From NCBI GenBank assembly GCA_964482665.1, contig CAYZYW010000004.1, positions 1-40,800 of the forward strand: DNA of 40,800 nt, in the 5' to 3' direction. Numbering within the stretch: the first letter of the stretch is position 1; every line of letters begins with the position of its first letter. Positions 38,165 through 40,800 of the stretch are shown in pieces. The DNA is from Candidatus Woesearchaeota archaeon. GTDB taxonomy: Archaea; Nanobdellota; Nanobdellia; Pacearchaeales; GW2011-AR1. Under the pieces are notes generated by a model. It had not been told where the DNA came from, ran no database searches, and saw only the letters and a program-made list of their open reading frames with translations. The position numbers and the translations under genes are program-made.

Positions 38165-38464
38165 GTAAAAATATTTGACTTAAGTAAATTACTAAAAGTA
38201 TCTTTTGAAGATTATTGTGAATCTGCAGGTAAGAAGCGAGGTGACTACAATCTTGTGGGTTTTTACCATACATTTGAATCTCCAATAACAGAGAATAATT
38301 GGATGGCGTATGACAATATTCGAGAAATTATTCCAGAAGGGGCAGAGGTGGTTGTTGGATATGATTGCGCATTTTGGAATAATGGTGGACTTAATTCATC
38401 CGCGTTCCAATATGTTTCAGAAACTGCTCTGATTCCGAAATCTAAAGATGATGAGAAAAGTTAA
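38162..38464 (+). CDS. Hypothetical protein
   Basis: 100-aa leaderless ORF behind a TATA box. Confidence 0.6.
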   Translation: MVKIFDLSKLLKVSFEDYCESAGKKRGDYNLVGFYHTFESPITENNWMAYDNIREIIPEGAEVVVGYDCAFWNNGGLNSSAFQYVSETALIPKSKDDEKS

Positions 38465-38486
38465 CTTCTAAATAATAGTAAAAACG

Positions 38487-38523
38487 AAAAGTTTATAAAT
38501 TAAAATTGTGATAATTTTCTATG
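38487..38523 (+). promoter_or_regulatory. Duplicated 37-bp promoter/start block, copy 2
   Basis: AAAAGTTTATAAATTAAAATTGTGATAATTTTcTATG. Confidence 0.8.
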
Positions 38524-38766
38524 AAAAACAAAGAAAGGGAATATGGGGTTTTAGCACGTATAAATTTAACAAATGGTCTAGTAGATACTGGATTAATGCG
38601 TACTATAAATAGACACACTTTATATGAAACATCTACCGATAAAGGTAAAGCGATTTTACATGTTAAACTTTTTTGGGATGATAGCAATAAAGATGAAATT
38701 TATTCAGAAATAAAAAAATCTAAGAATGTAGAAAAATTGTTGATTTATTCAGAAAAAAAAATTTAG
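38521..38766 (+). CDS. Hypothetical protein
   Basis: 81-aa leaderless ORF behind the duplicated promoter. Confidence 0.55.
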   Translation: MKNKEREYGVLARINLTNGLVDTGLMRTINRHTLYETSTDKGKAILHVKLFWDDSNKDEIYSEIKKSKNVEKLLIYSEKKI

Positions 38767-38800
38767 AAAAGCTTAAAACTCTAATATATTAATATTATTT

Positions 38801-39787
38801 ATGGAAATTACACCTGAGATTAGAAAACAGTTAACTAAGGAAAATTATGAAATTGTTGGTAAGCATAGTGCTGTTAAAATTTGCAACTGGACTAAAAATT
38901 CCCTAAGAGATGAAGGCGTTTGTTATAAGGAACAATTCTATGGAATTAAATCTCATTTGTGTTGTCAAATGAGTTGCACATTGCTTAATTGTCAAAATAA
39001 ATGTATTCACTGCTGGAGAGATTTGAGATATAGTTGTCCGAGTGAGGTTATTGATTGTGATGATCCAAAGAAAATTATTGATGAAAGTATAATTGCACAA
39101 AGAAAATTATTAACAGGTTTTAAAATTGATCCTAATAGTGACAAGAAACAATTAAGCAAGGCCAATCAAGAAAAATTAGCTGAAGCACAAGAGCCAATGC
39201 AGTTTGCAATTAGCTTAACAGGTGAAGGATTACTTTATCCTAAAGTCGGAGAATTAATTGAAGAGCTGACACGACGAGGAAAAACAAGTTTTTTAGTTTC
39301 GAATGGGTTATGTCCCGAAAGACTTCAGGAAATAGTCGATAAAAATCAATTACCAACCCAGCTTTATATTTCAGTAAACTCACCAAATAAAAAACTTTAT
39401 GATGAATTTCATAGAAGCTCTAAAAAGAATGCGTGGGAAAAATTGAATGAAAGTTTAGCTATCATGTCAACATTAAAAGGTCAGGCGAGAACCGTTTTTA
39501 GAATGAATCTTATTAGAGATTTAAATATGGAAAACGAACATGTTGAAGAATATGCAAAAATGATTAAAAAAACAAATCCGATGATTGTTGAAATAAAAGG
39601 ATTTATGAGCGTTGGCCATGCAAGAAAAAGATTGGGATATGATAGAATGCCCAATTTTGAAGAGATGCAAAAATTTATTGAAAAATTAAGCGAAGCAACA
39701 GGTCTTAAAATTTTAGATTCGCATGAGAGAAGTAGAGCTTGGGTTTTAGGTGAGAATAAAGAAGAGTTGAGAATTAAAGGATTGTAG
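38801..39787 (+). CDS. taw1: 4-demethylwyosine synthase Taw1/TYW1 (radical SAM)
   Basis: HSAVKICNWT, CYKEQFYGIKSH.C, CxxxCxxC (CQNKCIHCW), AISLTGE. Confidence 0.95.
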   Translation: MEITPEIRKQLTKENYEIVGKHSAVKICNWTKNSLRDEGVCYKEQFYGIKSHLCCQMSCTLLNCQNKCIHCWRDLRYSCPSEVIDCDDPKKIIDESIIAQRKLLTGFKIDPNSDKKQLSKANQEKLAEAQEPMQFAISLTGEGLLYPKVGELIEELTRRGKTSFLVSNGLCPERLQEIVDKNQLPTQLYISVNSPNKKLYDEFHRSSKKNAWEKLNESLAIMSTLKGQARTVFRMNLIRDLNMENEHVEEYAKMIKKTNPMIVEIKGFMSVGHARKRLGYDRMPNFEEMQKFIEKLSEATGLKILDSHERSRAWVLGENKEELRIKGL

Positions 39788-39804
39788 GTTTAGATTATTT
39801 GTTT

Positions 39805-40155
39805 CTACAAATCTATAACACCTTCTTTTGTTAAAGCTGCAAACCGAACTCCAATTGGTAAATTAATCAAAGATGAAATTAAAGCCATATGCTCTTTTCC
39901 ATCTCCTGACGCCATTGATAAAGCAACTTCCATTCCTGAAAATTTTCCTTTCATTTTTTTTGAGAATTCATCTCGAAGATCTTTAATTTTTTTAGATAAA
40001 TCAATTTTAATAAATTCGAATGGTTTTTCATGTGAAAATTCTTTTGCTAAATCATCTCCCAATATGAAAATTTTATCCCAATCTCCGTGTTTCATTAAGC
40101 CTGAAACCTGCGCCCATGATCCTTTTCCTGATGAGAGTAATGCCACTAATTCCAT
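39805..40155 (-). CDS. Hypothetical protein, small Rossmann/CARF-like fold
   Basis: VALLSSGKGSWAQV...SGDGKEHMA pattern; 116 aa. Confidence 0.65.
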   Translation of the reverse strand: MELVALLSSGKGSWAQVSGLMKHGDWDKIFILGDDLAKEFSHEKPFEFIKIDLSKKIKDLRDEFSKKMKGKFSGMEVALSMASGDGKEHMALISSLINLPIGVRFAALTKEGVIDL

Positions 40156-40249
40156 AATTAAAAAAGAAAACTTATGTTTATAAGAATTGTTGTGATTTTT
40201 AGCTATTCTGAGACCGAATAATTTATAAACTAAAATCAGCTAAAATTCA

Positions 40250-40310
40250 TATCGTTAACTACATCGGGATAAAATAGTATCTATGTTTATCGCGCATAAT
40301 GTAGGAGATA
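40250..40310 (+). promoter_or_regulatory. Structured rpl1 5' leader, candidate L1 autoregulatory site
   Basis: TATC-GTTAA-CTACAT ... ATGTAG-GA-GATA helix/internal-loop/helix overlapping the SD GGAG; TATA box TTTATAAA at 40222-40229. Confidence 0.6.
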
Positions 40311-40318
40311 GGGAAAAA

Positions 40319-40800
40319 ATGGAATTACAAGAAGAATTAATGAAAGCATTGAAAGAACTTAGATCAGAAAAGGAACGGAAGTTTGATCAAACAGTTGACC
40401 TAATTATTAATTTACAAAAATTTGATGTTAAGAGAACTTCAGTAAATTTCTTTGCGTCTGTTCCTCATAAAGTTAAAGAAAAAAAGATTGCAGCATTCCT
40501 TGAAATCACAAATAAAAATATTGATACAATTACACAAGACAGATTTATAAAATTCTCTAAAGATAAAAAAGCAGTTAGAGAACTTGTTAAAAAATATGAT
40601 TTCTTTATTGCTCAAGCAAGTTTAATGCCAAAGGTTGCAACAACTTTCGGTAGAGCACTTGGTCCAACAGGTAAAATGCCTTCGCCTCAAATGGGAATTA
40701 TGATGAACCCTGATGATAAGACAATTGAAGATTTGAGAACAAGAATTAATACAAATATTAAAATTAGATTAAAAGAGGCAAGTGCTAAAATTAATGTTGG
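40319..40800 (+). CDS. rpl1: 50S ribosomal protein L1 (partial, runs off the window)
   Basis: Manual translation: RKFDQTVDLIINL, YDFFIAQASLMP, GRALGPTGKMPSP. Confidence 0.95.
   Translation, partial: MELQEELMKALKELRSEKERKFDQTVDLIINLQKFDVKRTSVNFFASVPHKVKEKKIAAFLEITNKNIDTITQDRFIKFSKDKKAVRELVKKYDFFIAQASLMPKVATTFGRALGPTGKMPSPQMGIMMNPDDKTIEDLRTRINTNIKIRLKEASAKINV

Noticed and set aside
1-40800. CRISPR array, cas genes, rRNA, transposase
   Set aside because: No regularly spaced repeats or recognisable motifs were seen.

Overview
AT-rich archaeal chromosome segment, most likely from a DPANN archaeon of the Pacearchaeota/Woesearchaeota type. This is inferred from a fused PriS-PriL primase, a short archaeosortase, archaeal ribosomal/RNAP/aIF-5A genes and TATA-box leaderless genes. 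Housekeeping content includes PCNA, primase, Nth, Dph2-like, SepF, prefoldin beta, RpoP, L37ae, tRNA-Pro(TGG), L11, Spt5, SecE, FtsZ, FKBP PPIase, aIF-5A, L40e, an M50 protease, Taw1 and a partial L1, plus a Xer-type recombinase and an Hjc-like nuclease. Four features stand out. (1) An ~11.8 kb surface-appendage gene cluster (8175-19952) headed by a small RHH regulator with a palindromic operator. It encodes seven proteins with class III (prepilin-like) signal peptides and a duplicated Cys-rich module with an internal Gly/Ala hydrophobic segment, present once as a 1257-aa fusion and once as a split gene pair. (2) A ~200-nt GC-rich, structured non-coding element in two copies 14 kb apart, each starting with a hairpin at a gene's 3' end. 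(3) A circularly permuted L1-binding RNA motif over the rpl1 ribosome-binding site. (4) Beta-defensin-like Cys repeats in membrane-anchored surface proteins. All calls are by eye from motifs; no database searches were run.
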